Source of the DNA: Fimicolochytrium jonesii
Taxonomy: Eukaryota
DNA length: 64,000 bases
Reading direction: 5' to 3'
Assembly: GCF_025526975.1 (NCBI RefSeq)
Contig: NW_026515674.1
Coordinates: 682,001 to 746,000, forward strand
The notes beneath the pieces are model-generated. The model made no database searches and was not told the origin of the DNA. It saw only the letters and a program-made list of their open reading frames with translations. Shown one piece after another: positions 13,787-26,100 of this stretch (its first letter is position 1; each line of letters begins with the position of its first letter). A program made the position numbers and the translations under genes.

Positions 13787-16700
13787 ATGCTCGGCGCCCA
13801 ACCTGATAGAGGAACTCGCGGGAGAGGCCGCGGAGGAGGTCGGAGTCGGGGTCGGGGTCGTGAGAACAACACCTCGACCGGGGGTGAAGCCGGCCGAGAA
13901 CTGGTGAAACCTCCTACTGCAGATGTGAGATTGCCGACAACGACCAACCCGCCCGGCAAGGGCGACCCTGCAACAAAGCAGCTTTCCAACCGACCGGATC
14001 TGACCCGTGAAGCAAAGTCGATATATGGGCTAATTAGGAATGGAAAGTTCCGGCATCAACACGACGCTCGAAAATTCGCCGCGGCAGGGATCACCTCGGT
14101 GCCGGAAGATCTTCTAATGGCCATCGGAGAGCCGAAAGGGCTTGAGCTGCTTAGAGAATTCGAGAATCACGACATGTCCGTTGATGTCGGGTCGCAAAAG
14201 ATGCCCTACTCGTTCCAACGCGTCATTATCCCTTGTCTCGCCATGCTTCTGAACCTCCCTGACCTCTATCTTGCCAAGCTTCGAGCGGTATATAACGTCT
14301 TCTTCATGAACAACATCTTTCTTGAAAACGTTTTGAAATGTGCGAGGACGCTGATGGAGCGAAGGAGCCTCGTTGACCCGCGTTTTGTCGAGAGCGCCGA
14401 GGACGGGGATATCGTTAGCACTTTTATCTTGAAGAATTGGGTCCATATGATGCTGCTCATCACCAAGTTCTTGAGTAAATATCTGAAGCTGGATACCGAC
14501 GCTGCAGCTGAAGATAGATTCAAGACATGGCTTCCGGAAGTTAAGAGTATCGTTGAAGGCTGGGATAATGTCCTCCCTATGAGCGTGCAAGATCCAGGCC
14601 GAAAGGAGCTGACAAACTTTATTGAGGTAAGCTTCTTCTCTCATTCATCCTATACTCATCTCAGTCGAACGCTTCATTGACCCCTGAACCATAAAAAATA
14701 GCACATCGAAGCGATGATCCTTCCAGAAGCAAAGCTCGACGCTAAGACCACGAATCTTCGGCAGCTTTTCGGACGACTGTCGCTCAAGTCGGCAGCCACC
14801 CAGGCTGGACCAGGCGAGCTCCGGCCGGAAGGCCCGCGTCATGACAATGATTTCAAAGATTTCCGCCAAATCTCCATCGTTCCGACCTTCCAGGAGACGT
14901 TCTGTGACCTGGAGCCATACCTTCCTAAACGCGACGACGACCATCACCTTTCGCGAGGTGTGGACCGGTATCTTGATTCACAGTTCCGCTTGGTACGCGA
15001 GGATCTTTTGGCTTCCCTACGCCGTGGAATTTCTGGCTTTGTGCGCAACGGCACCAAGGCGCTCCGAAAATTGGGCCAAAACGGCACTTTTTATCGCATG
15101 GAAGGAGACAACTCCATCGATCTTGTCGTGTTTCGGAAGATGCATATCGAGTCCCTCAACGCCACGTTACGTTCAGGCATTGCTTTGGGGGTTTCTTTCG
15201 ATGAGCCAGCCAGGGCATCATCCGAGTCCGACTTCTGGGGTAAAGGAACTGGCGGTAAACACTTGCAGAAAGGCTCCATCGTAGTCCTTTGGTTCAACGC
15301 CAAGAAGGATGTCGAGGACGACACGAAGATCGAAGACCGCCAAATATACCTTGCAGTCGTCATTGATCGCAATTCGAAAAACCTGGACAAGAAATCCAGG
15401 AAAATTAACTGATTCCGAGACTGGCGGAACGGGCCTCAGACGACCGCAAGTTGGAGTTCAGCTCTTGAAGTTTCCTGAGCTTTTCAAGATTACGTCGACT
15501 CAACTAGGCGTTCGAGCCGATGATGACGAAAATCTTATGTTCCAAGTGCGGAGCCATTTCTTCACCGCCGGATACAGCGTTCTGAATTCACTTCAATCGT
15601 TCCCAACTGAGGGCTTTCCCTTCGTCGACGAGCTGGTGTTTGATGCGCCCTCCCAAGCTTTACCGAAATACATAGTCCCTGGGACGACGTACAACCTGAC
15701 CTGTTTGCTCAAAACGCCAAATCCCAATTACGCCCGTCTGCAGAACGTTGATGTGTCCGACTACAAGCTTCTGCGTCGAACGCTTCAGGATGTGCGCGAA
15801 ATGTTGGTTCTAGATGAGACGCAAATCGATGCCCTGGCTGCTGCGCTCACGCATTCGATTGCGGTAATACAGGGGTATGTCTAAACGGCAGATTTTTCGG
15901 CCGCAGCGCTGTTTCCTAATAATATGCGCCTCTTTTGCCAGGCCGCCTGGCTGCGGAAAGATCTACATAGGAGTTCACATCATGAGGGTGATCTTGGAGA
16001 ACATGGGCAAAATCTCGACCAACCGCGCAAACCTGGAACCTCGAGGAGTGGGCCAACGTCTGCAAGCGACGGTGGAACGCATCGCCGGCGGCGTTAACCA
16101 GCTCTCTGCCACACTGCCTACCCTGTGCGTCTGCTGTACCAATCATGCGTTGGACCAGTTTCTTGAAGATCTGGTAAAAGCGGGTGTGCCGGAAACCGAT
16201 ATCATCCGCGTCGGCGGCCGAAGCCAGAGCGAAATGCTTGCGGCACGGAACCTTTACAATCTCATGTACGGCGCAAAAACCCGCGACGAAGTCACAAAAT
16301 CCAAGGAGATTGAGAGAGACCTGGTAGAGCTTGAGACGAAAATTCGGGAATTTAGCGAATATCATTTGACCCCACATAAATGGAAGCTGGCGGACTTGCG
16401 GTCCGGTCTTTTCAATGACCATTTGGATGCGGTTGCTGACGGGCGGTCTCTCTTTGATGGCGATGATGGTTTTCATGTTGTGTCTGGAGCCAGGAACAAG
16501 AGCCTGGACCTCCTGCAACGCTGGCTCCGTTGCGACGACATACAGTACAGATTGGGAAACGGGGAGGAGCCGATTCCGCTGCAGGATCAGGGTCCGCATT
16601 ACAGTAACATGTACGATGCTTTGGTGCAGGACGTGGAACGTGATTTGGATGAATTGGAGTACCCTCTACAACAACAACATCACGAGCACCCCGATGTGGC

Positions 16701-19700
16701 GCAGATGGGCCCTCCTGACCCCGAGCGCAACAGACCTCTGAGGGACTTATTAGATGATTGCGATGTGTGGAACTACTCGCGGAACGAACGCCAGACCATG
16801 ATGAGCCACTGGCAACGGCAGTACCTCGAGCTGCTAATGGAAGATGTGGAAGCAAAGTGCAAGAAGTACGAGGAGAAGAAGACAGAGTACAATGATATCA
16901 ACGCCGCCACCCAGCTCCGGATTCTTCGTGGATGCAAAGTACTAGGGATGACGACCACCGGCGCCGCGAGCAACATGAAGCTTCTTCACAACTTGGCTCC
17001 TTCCATCATCGTTAACGAAGAAAGTGGTGAGGTTCTCGAGGCGCATTTGATCGCATCTCTGAGCAGCGGAGCAGCGCGCCTCATCACCATCGGCGATGAA
17101 AAACAATTGCGTCCGAAAGTCGAAGAACATTACCTGTCCATGGACTCTCATTCGGGGTACGATCTTGATCAGTCTTTATTTGAGCGGCTGGTGCGGATGG
17201 CGGAAGCGAACCTCGATTGCGTGGACAAAGGGATGGTCGTGCAGCTTGCCACGCAGTGGAGAATGCGGCCTGAAATTTCCACCCTACTCCGCCGCACCTT
17301 GTATCCGAAGCTCACGGATGCGCCGGCGGTCTTGTCGCACCCCAAAGTCAAGGGCATGCGACAGAATCTGTACTTCTTCGATCACAACGAGCGGGAAGCG
17401 GGTGCTGGGGACGGAGAGTCTGCGTCAAGATCCAAAGTGAACGAATTTGAAGCTGGGCTGGTGGTCTCGCTCGTGCGCCATTTGATCAAACAGGGCTACA
17501 GCGCGAGTGAGATTGCGGTCCTGACTCCGTATGCGGGTCAGCTTCTGTGTCTGCGGAAGTATTTGAAGAAGGAGCAGTTGGTTTTGTACATCGACTCAAA
17601 AAACTTTGCGGATATCAGCAAGGCGCTTTCGGGTGAGGGCGTCAATCCGGAAGAGCTGGACATTGAGCTGGAGCTTGACGATGAGCAGGAGGCGGAGGAA
17701 GGTGCATCGAAACCCAAGCAGAAGAGTAGCGTTCAGAGCGTGAGAGCCGCGGACCGCGTCCCTTTCAACGGTCGACAATTTCCAAAGTACAATGGGTTTT
17801 CTGTGGGCGCTTGAACAGAGTGAACTTGCTTATCTGTGCTCAACAGGCGAAGAGGCGAAAGTAGTGGTCATCAGCACCGTCCGCTGCAACGTTCAGGGCC
17901 GGACAGGTTTCCTGAAGGTATGACGTAAATTCTTACCTCCATTGTCCTGAACGTATTCTCATGGCCAACGTATACAGATAGACAACCGGGTCAACGTGAT
18001 GGTTTCCCGCGCTCAACACGGCGAATATATCTTCGGCTCGGCCGCAACTATTCGCCAAAGGGGCCAGGCAAAAATGTTTATCAAGATGCTCGACATCCTT
18101 GAGGAGCAGGGTTTAGTCGGTTCCGCCCTCCCGCTGCAGTGCGACCGTCATCCGGACATCGTATTGAACGCCATGACCGCCCAGGATGTTCGTGAGCTCA
18201 GTCCGGATGGGGGTTGTCAGTTGCCATGTGAATATCCACTGTCCTGTGGGCATATTTGCCGCAGGCAATGCCATCCCGATGATAGAGATCACGATGGGTT
18301 CGCATGTCGGGCTCCGTGCACGAAGATGCTTAAGTGCCGGCACCCTTGCCGCAAACTTTGCTCCGAACCATGCGGTCGCTGTCAAGAGCGGATTGATTTG
18401 ACCATCGAAGAATGCGGACATGTCGCCAGGAATGAATTTTGCTACAAGAAAGAAGAGAACGCTAGTATCGTTTGTAAGGAACGATTCGAGATTGTACATC
18501 CTGTTTGCAAGCACCTCATCAAGGCCGCCTGCCATGAGAAAAGACAAATTGAAGCCGCTGGTACACCTCAAACTCTCCGTGACCTGCTGCTGAACTCTGA
18601 TCGCAGGCATGCGCTGTTCAGCTGCAAGAAGCCTTGCGGTGCCATCTTGGACTGTTCTCATCCTTGCGAGAACCCTTGCGGAGACTGCATATACAAATCC
18701 AAGAATGAAGAGCAGCTAGGCCCCGACGTCGGCATTCCTCTCCATGCCCCATGCGGCAAAATCTGCGATCGAGCTCTCTTGTGCGGACACTCCTGTGGCG
18801 GCAAGTGCCACAGCGCTAGCGAATGTCCTCCGTGCAAAAAGGAATGTGCGCAAGTGTGCCTGCATGCAAAGTGTCCGAAGTCCTGCGGAAACTCATGCGC
18901 AAGTTGTGCGGAGCAGTGCCCGTGGTTCTGCCCTCACGATATCGGCCCGTGCTTACTCCCGTGTGGCGCCCCATGCCTGCGACTGCCTTGCGACCGGCGT
19001 TGCGAGAAAGCCTTGGCATGCGGCCATCAGTGTCCATCCGTTTGTGGGGAACCGTGCCCGGATCCACGCGTGGCCTGCCGGTATTGCGCTGAAGAAAAGT
19101 ACAAAGATGGCGTTGTGGATGTGTTCGTGCAAGCCACACTCGCGGAGAGTGACCCTGATGAAAGCCCTCTCGTTGTCCTCCCGTGTCAGCACTCGATGAC
19201 TATTGAGAGTATGGACGGCATCACTGACCTCAAGTCGTACTACCTGCGTGACGCCAGAACCGACAAATGGATCGAACCGCTTCCACTTGGCAATAAATGC
19301 GAGAAAATGCCGGCCTGTCTCAACTGCCGCACGCCGATCAGCGGCATCCGACGCTACGCTCGGGTTCTGAACCATGTGTTCTTGGATCAGACCATCAGAA
19401 AGTTTGGCTTGGAGATCGCTCAGCAGGCTGTAGACGTTCAGCAACATCGTCAGGAACTGGACTCAGCGCTGACGCAATGGAGGGAGGATGCTATCGCGCT
19501 CCAGGCACAAAGGCCTGTCGTAAATAAAAATATCCAGGATGTGATCAAGAAGCACAAACGGCAAGCGCTTGCGACGCGAAAATTGAGAGACAGTCTTCTC
19601 AAGGTAGTGGAAGGTGCTAAACTCGACCATCCCGCGCGCCGGACCTACGAAAGGTCTGTTGTCTTGCTGTCTCAGATGGACAACATTCCCGGTGTTCCTC

Positions 19701-20624
19701 CTCGTCGCCAGGGGCAGAGTGTGCAGGAGCAGATACAATTGCTGCAGAAACACCATGCGCGACCTTCGGAGAAGGCGTTCATTTCGGCTGGCACGTCCTT
19801 TATCAATTGTGCAGCAACCTTCGTCAAAGCGACTGCCAACAAGGCGTTGCAAGAGACACTGCCGAAACCCCGGGAAGGAAGCCCACCCACGGCGACTGAG
19901 ATTGTGCTTCTTCCGTACATTCAAGACATGAGGAAGATCATCCAACAGAACGTGGGGATGCATGCTCGGGTGCAAACCAGCTGCAATGACACGCAGAGCT
20001 GGCGAATGGCCGTCGACGCCGGATGCGAGCACTTCATGGCCATCTTCATGAGTCTCGACATCATGGTGGGATCGCGAGGTTTACCTCTTGTCCCAACATC
20101 CCACGAGCCCTTGGACACATTGATTGCTGAGACCCACGACATCGTTCAAAACGCCGCTGCCGAATATTTGACCCTTCTTGGAAACCATGCTTCGCTTGTC
20201 GCCGATCCGGAAGGAAAGCGGGCCGGTGCCGTTCGCGAGACCCTGGAACGCGCCAAAGAACTCGTTACAGGAACGACGGTTCGGCCTGTCACAGTAGAGG
20301 AGATGCGAGAGGTGTTTAAGGCCATGAGGCGAGACGTGGGCAGCTTTGGAGGGCATTGGTACACCTGTCCGAATGGACACGTCTACACTATCGGTGAGTG
20401 TCTGGGAAGTGGGAACCTATACAACCTATCCGTTCTCGTCCCTCTCGATCAGTTTAGCCAACTCAATACTACTTTTTCATTTCTACTAAGGTGAGTGCGG
20501 AGGGGCAATGGAAAGGTCGCAATGCCCTGAATGTGGAGAAACCGTCGGCGGCGGCAGTCACCAGCTGGCGGAGGGCAATCGCGTGGCTGCCGAGTTTCTG
20601 GGAGCCGTCGGAGGGCCTATGTAA
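13787..20624 (+). pseudogene. ZNFX1: ZNFX1-like SF1 (UPF1-like) RNA helicase with NF-X1-type Zn fingers, RING-like segment and C-terminal RZ finger; two apparent frameshifts (pseudogene or assembly errors)
   Basis: PRHDNDFKDFRQISIVPT, LDSQFRLVRED, QGPPGCGK, TNHALDQFLE, GMTTTGAA, EESGEVLEAH, GDEKQLRP, SLFERL, RMRPEIS, VLTPYAGQL, NRVNVMVSRA, Cys/His-rich repeats and GHWYTCPNGHVYTIGECGGAME..CPEC. Frame breaks at ~15400 and ~17761 with no GT-AG intron to rescue them. Confidence 0.85.
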
Positions 20625-20987
20625 CCGGAAGAGGTGAGTGGCTGGAGCAAAAATGAGAAGGCGTTTCACCCTGTATAACGTTCCTCGCGTCATGCAGTGT
20701 GAGGCATTCTCGGTATCAGAAGCGTTACCAGTTAGTTATCAGAGGGGAAAAAGGAGTAGGGGGGGATGCATTAGGGATTAGTGCACGCTAGCTCCGTAGC
20801 AGCCGCATAGGGAGTTGTATGTCTTCTTCGGCGTCGTCAATCCGCTTGTCTAGATTATGTAGTCACGGCGTAGCAAAAATCGAGGCGTATGTTAAGGTGG
20901 AAAGCATTGATATGCTGTGACTTCTCTGGCGGGATAAGCTCCCGTGTGGGCGGCAGTGTCGCTTTTGGGCGGAGTTTTGCGAACATA

Positions 20988-21184
20988 CAGTCAGTGTCCA
21001 TAAAGCTCCGACCCCCCCATAATTGATTTCAACTGATTTCAATGACCGTTTCACAAAGCGAGTCGCGCGTTTCCCAGCGAAAGGGAGGCTAACCAGAGAG
21101 CTAACAGCCAACCAGACCGTCCCGTCACGACGCGCCGACTCTGACTTAATCTTGGGGGGGTCGGAGCTTTATGGACACTGACTG
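20988..21184. mobile_element. Non-autonomous Tc1/mariner-type MITE (197 bp)
   Basis: Perfect 32-bp terminal inverted repeats CAGTCAGTGTCCATAAAGCTCCGACCCCCCCA, flanked by TA at 20986-20987 and 21185-21186; no coding capacity. Confidence 0.88.
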
Positions 21185-21595
21185 TACAGTATGTACGCGT
21201 TTCGACTCCTTCCTGAACAGTCCTGAACCACATAAACACTGCTTCAAGCTTGGCTGCCAATTAGGGACCGGCGACTTCAGTAGCGGGCAGGTTGCTGGTG
21301 AGCTTCGAGAGGTATCTCTTGTGCTGAAGGTAGATGTAGATAGGAGAGGTATGTGGTCACTGATAGGTTCTCTCACGTCTCGATCATTGCGTTGTGGACA
21401 AGCTGGAAAACCTACGCCAGGAGGACAAGCAAAGGCCACAACGCATTTCCATTTTTTTCCTCCTGTAACGACAGACGAGCTGGAAAAGCAATGAAGGAAC
21501 TAGGAAACTAGGAAGTACAAAAGGAGAGTCGGGCTAGTGGCGGTCTGGAGAAGCACTCCAAGTATCTGATAAGTTATCACCAATTGCAATTGCCG

Positions 21596-22420
21596 ATGAT
21601 GACGACCGCCACGGTTGAGAACCAAATCACGCCCGCAACAGTCGAGAACTCGGTTTCCCCGCCACCTCTGCCTCAGCCGCTGCTTCTTTCGCCCAAGCAC
21701 ACACTCCTCACGCCCCGACTGCTCCTGCGCCCAGCGACCTACACCTGGGCGGACATCGAGGCCGTCCATGCGTGCTTATCCGATCCGGAATGTATGACCT
21801 GGTGGTCAACCCCGCCCCATGAGTCGCTTCAGGTCACCGCCAAATGGCTATGGGGCATGGTACAAGCATACGGCGAAGCGAAGGAGGAGACGGACAACGG
21901 CGCGAACGGCGAGTTACTTGGCGAGCTTGCCACTCCTGAAACCTCGACCTCGACCTCGACCTCACCTACAGGACGAAAGACCTACCTGGTCTACCCTCAA
22001 CCGGTTCTCGACCTTCTCATCGTTGAGCGCAGCACCGGCGAAGTCATCGGCAAAGCTGGCGCCTTCCGTCCGCCAGAAATAGGGTACATCCTTCGCCGCT
22101 CGGCCTGGGGCAAAGGCTACGCCACCGAGGCTCTCCGCGGTCTCATCGACGCTATGTTCTCTGGCGCTTTCGGCGATATCCAATGCGACCACGACGACGG
22201 GCTCGGCGTACGTCCGCTCAGTTTCGTATTTGCCGACGTGGATCCACGTAACACGGCGTCTTTGCGGGTGTTGGGCAAACTCGGGTTCGAAGAAGTGGGG
22301 AGGAGATTCGCGACGTACGTGACGCACATTGGGGTTTCCGATAGCGTCGATCTGAGATTGTACCGGCCCGCGGAAGTCAGAGGCGAGAAGGGTGAGCAGA
22401 CGGGTCAGGAGGGATCTTGA
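21596..22420 (+). CDS. GNAT acetyltransferase, RimJ/RimL family; single exon
   Basis: LLTPRLLLRP, SDPECMTWWSTPPH, EIGYILRRSAWGKGYATEAL and ADVDPRNTASLRVLGKLGF. Confidence 0.88.
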   Translation: MMTTATVENQITPATVENSVSPPPLPQPLLLSPKHTLLTPRLLLRPATYTWADIEAVHACLSDPECMTWWSTPPHESLQVTAKWLWGMVQAYGEAKEETDNGANGELLGELATPETSTSTSTSPTGRKTYLVYPQPVLDLLIVERSTGEVIGKAGAFRPPEIGYILRRSAWGKGYATEALRGLIDAMFSGAFGDIQCDHDDGLGVRPLSFVFADVDPRNTASLRVLGKLGFEEVGRRFATYVTHIGVSDSVDLRLYRPAEVRGEKGEQTGQEGS

Positions 22421-23187
22421 TCTCGTCCGGACGACATACCGACGGAACCGCCGAACTGTGTCACATTTCGTCCAGCTCTATGCGATACCGTGAAGTGGCT
22501 TTGTCTGCAGTCTATTCGAGCTCGCTGGCGTCGCTCTGACATCGCAGGAAAATCGAAGGCGCGCGTGACAAAAGGCGTCGTGAACCAAAGCGGGGCAACG
22601 TCATGCTACCCTGACGCCCGTCGTCTTTACCGTTACCGTCGACGACCACTTTACCGAAGCCCAGGGACGGAAGAGCTTGCGGTGCTGCCTCTGAGGGAGG
22701 ACGAGATGAGCGGGATGCATTCTGCATGGTGTTGAGGAGAAGGATCATCGAGGGATTATCAGGGCGAGACGAAGACCCTGGCGTGGAATACGATACAGAT
22801 GGACAGCTCCGGATTCGTTCTTGAATTTGGAAAGCGATTGGGGGCTGCAGTGCTTGTTGCGCGTGGGAATGAGAGTGTTATAGGGAATGGGACGCTCGTG
22901 CGTAGTAAGGACATGGATCTACTAAAGCAAAGCGGACGCTGCATAGTGAGAGCAATAGGATAGCAGCGCAGCACTCTTATAATTGCGTTGATAGTAATAA
23001 ACTTTATCGAACAGTGCTAGCTTCTCAAACTCCCCCATGAATGTATGCCATTGAGATGAAATGAAAAGTAGCAACCAAAAATGTCAAAAGCTTTCAAAAG
23101 CTACTACGCGCGGATGGTGATGGACCCTAACTCCTATCCGCTAAGGGAGAAGGGGCTACGCTACGGATCGTTAACCGAGGACACAGT

Positions 23188-26100
23188 TCACTCGCTAAGA
23201 GATTCCTCAACGATCCTAAACTCGCCGCCGCGCACCATCGCGTAAATCCGCTGGACTCCCATGTTTTCTTCCTGCTCCCACTCTTCACCAATGGTAGAGT
23301 CCTCGGGACCCGAATGGACGGCGAGGCGTTTGCGGAATACGTACTCGATTGTGTCGGGTGCTGGCAGGATATTGCCTGTGAAGCGTGTTGGTTGGAAAGG
23401 ATGAGGATTATAAGAATGATTGAGGGGAAAAGGAGGAAGGGAGTGAAAAACGTACCCTTTGCAATCATCTCCCACAAACTCTGCCTCTCGCGCACCGAAT
23501 CCTCATCCGCAAAGATAACGTGGCCCTCACTTAGCAGGATCCCACTGATGAGCTCCCAATTGTTGCCGAGCCGTCTCCACAGCGCGGTTGCGATCCCCAG
23601 CGTCTGCTCCATGTCATTCAGTTTCTCTAAAGCGTGGTCAACGGCTGCGTGAGCTGAAGCGGCGTGCGAGCGGCCAGCTGCGGATGGAGTACGCATGTGG
23701 GATGAAAAGTCCTCATCGGCGACGGCTAGGATGGCGTTCGCAAAGTCGCGCAGTTGGTTCTGCAGAGGTGGCAGGAGAGGCACGAAAGCATGGCTCGATA
23801 CGCTTCGATATGCTTGGATGAGAGCTTGCGGGACGAGTAAGGTGGCTAGCCGTGGTGGCGACAGGTTGGCCAACCACCGTAAAATGTCGGCAGCCACCTC
23901 GTTGTGATCGAACAAAGGGATCTGCTCGTTGGCGGGTACCGGTTGCGCGGTCCGCCACATCTCCATCCAGAGATTGCCCGGCTCACTCATCCGGCCGCTC
24001 AGCTTCCCCGTTGGCACTGCACTCTGTTGCCCTCTTGCCTCCTCCTCCTGTGTGTCGTCAAACTTTCCTGCCCCGGTGTTCTCGATCCAGTCACGGGGAC
24101 TCCACCACCGAACAAAGTCCTCCATGGTACAACCAGGGTTTGCGGCCTTGAAAGCTTTCATGTCACTTTCTAAACCCCTGCTCTGGAGCTGAGCACGCTC
24201 GAGTGGGGACAGATGCGTCAATCTTCTCTCAAATTCCACTATCTGGTCTTCGGTCTGTGGTCCGGCAGTTTGAGTAAACGGTACGTATAGCGGTTGATGG
24301 GAGGCGAAAGATGTGAAGGGAAGGGGGGACTTGTGTCCACAGCGGTCTGTGTGTGGAACCTCTGCTGATGCTGTAGAAGTCGGGTATGGCGGGAGATGAA
24401 TAAAGGATTCGGTCAACGAGCGGCTAATTGGGGCAGGTCTAGTTCCCCCGGTGTGTTTGTCGCCGGTTGAGGAACCCTCGGCCTTCCTCGCACTGTGCTC
24501 CTCGTGAACGTCTTCCATCGTGTCGAAAAACATCTCTTCATCATCCGTCTGCACGCTTTCGACCGGCGTTGGCTGCTTATGTTTCGTCCCATGGTCGACA
24601 GACGGATCAACCGCTTCCTCAAAACTCCCAATGCTCCGCACGCCCAAGCTCCCCACAACGAAGCCCGTTCCCCCACTATCCCGCCGAGCTTTGATGTCCT
24701 CCCAACTCCTATCGCTACTCCAGCTCGTCCCGACCAAAGAAGGGCGATCAGGCGGCGACGGTGCGACCGGTGCGCCGCCCAATCGCGACGTCAGAGCGGG
24801 ACGGGTTACCGCCGAGAGCATGTTGGGCAACATGGACCCGTCAGCGTTGGCAACCGTGGACGACAAATCGGTCAGCTTGTTCAGGACGCGGTGGGATAAG
24901 GCTAGCATCGAGGTCTGATGTACTTGATCATTATCCGAAGCAGGTTCCCCAGCCTCCGGAGGTTCCGACTCTTCGGGGATTGTTCCCACCTCCCGAGGCG
25001 GCAATTCACTGTGTTCATTCTTAGCGCGCCTGATTCCAATGCAGTAGTTCAACAGCTGCAATTTTTGATACAGGAGGTTCCAACGGAGCTCGATGCTCTC
25101 GTTGTTGGCTCCACACCAGATCCCAGGTATCTGCGTGCCAGTTTCCCAACATATCCTCAGCTGATCAAGCATCTCCGACCAGAAGGTCCTGAGTGTGACA
25201 TCGGCGCTCGTCATGCGAAAGGGAGCAGGTGATTCTGGAGATAGCCAGTCCAAGAGTCGGAGGGTGAACTTGTCGACGAGACATCGGCTTGGGAGTAGAT
25301 GCGGGGATCGGTACTGTTCGATTATATCCGCTACTGTTGGAATATAGTCCGGTCCGGGTCCTTTTGCAACGATCTGCTCTTGTTGGTACACGTCCTGGAA
25401 AAGCGCCCGAGCGTTCTCGGTGGCATCGGTCGGATCGAAGAGTGGTTGTTCACCGTAATCGCCGGTGGGACCAACACCACGCATGACTGCACCTGGGAGT
25501 TTCGCAAAATACGGCTGCTGCATGGTCTGCTCCTCCCCATGCCACACATGGACAAGGCGCCCCACAAGGCCAGCCAGCATGCCTCGCGTGTCTCGCATGT
25601 CGCCAGGGACAAAGCTCGGGACGAATCTCCACATTGGAGCGGTCGCATAGTCGAGGTCGCCATAATAGGCGCGGATGTCCTCTCGGGGGAAGATTGCTTG
25701 GACATTGAGCGACCGAAGTGGGTTGGCTGATGGCCCAGATGGTAACGCTATGATCTCTGTTGCCGCTGGAGACGAAGGAATGGATGGAATTGTCCGTGGT
25801 TCATCATCGTCTTCTTCTGTATCGTCGTGGGTATCATCATCATTTGCCGGCCCACTGGCCGCAACGGCTGCATACTCCCGAAATTCTATATCTTCTTCTG
25901 AGATCTGCGTAGTGAATGTCGCAGCCACTGCAGCTGTTATCTCATATTGCAGATGTTCAAATGCCATCTCCTCCTCAAAACATTTGCGGACGAGTCCCTT
26001 CAAGCCTTCCATGGTGTTCCATTGGGGTGGAACGTAGGGCGCATGCATCATACGGTAGGTACGCTGGCCCCCGTTGGGCGTCAGACCGGCGCCTGCCCAC

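Noticed and set aside
17750..17790. Programmed ribosomal frameshift in ZNFX1
   Set aside because: No canonical slippery heptamer or clear stimulator is visible; a second frameshift and motif substitutions favour decay or assembly error.
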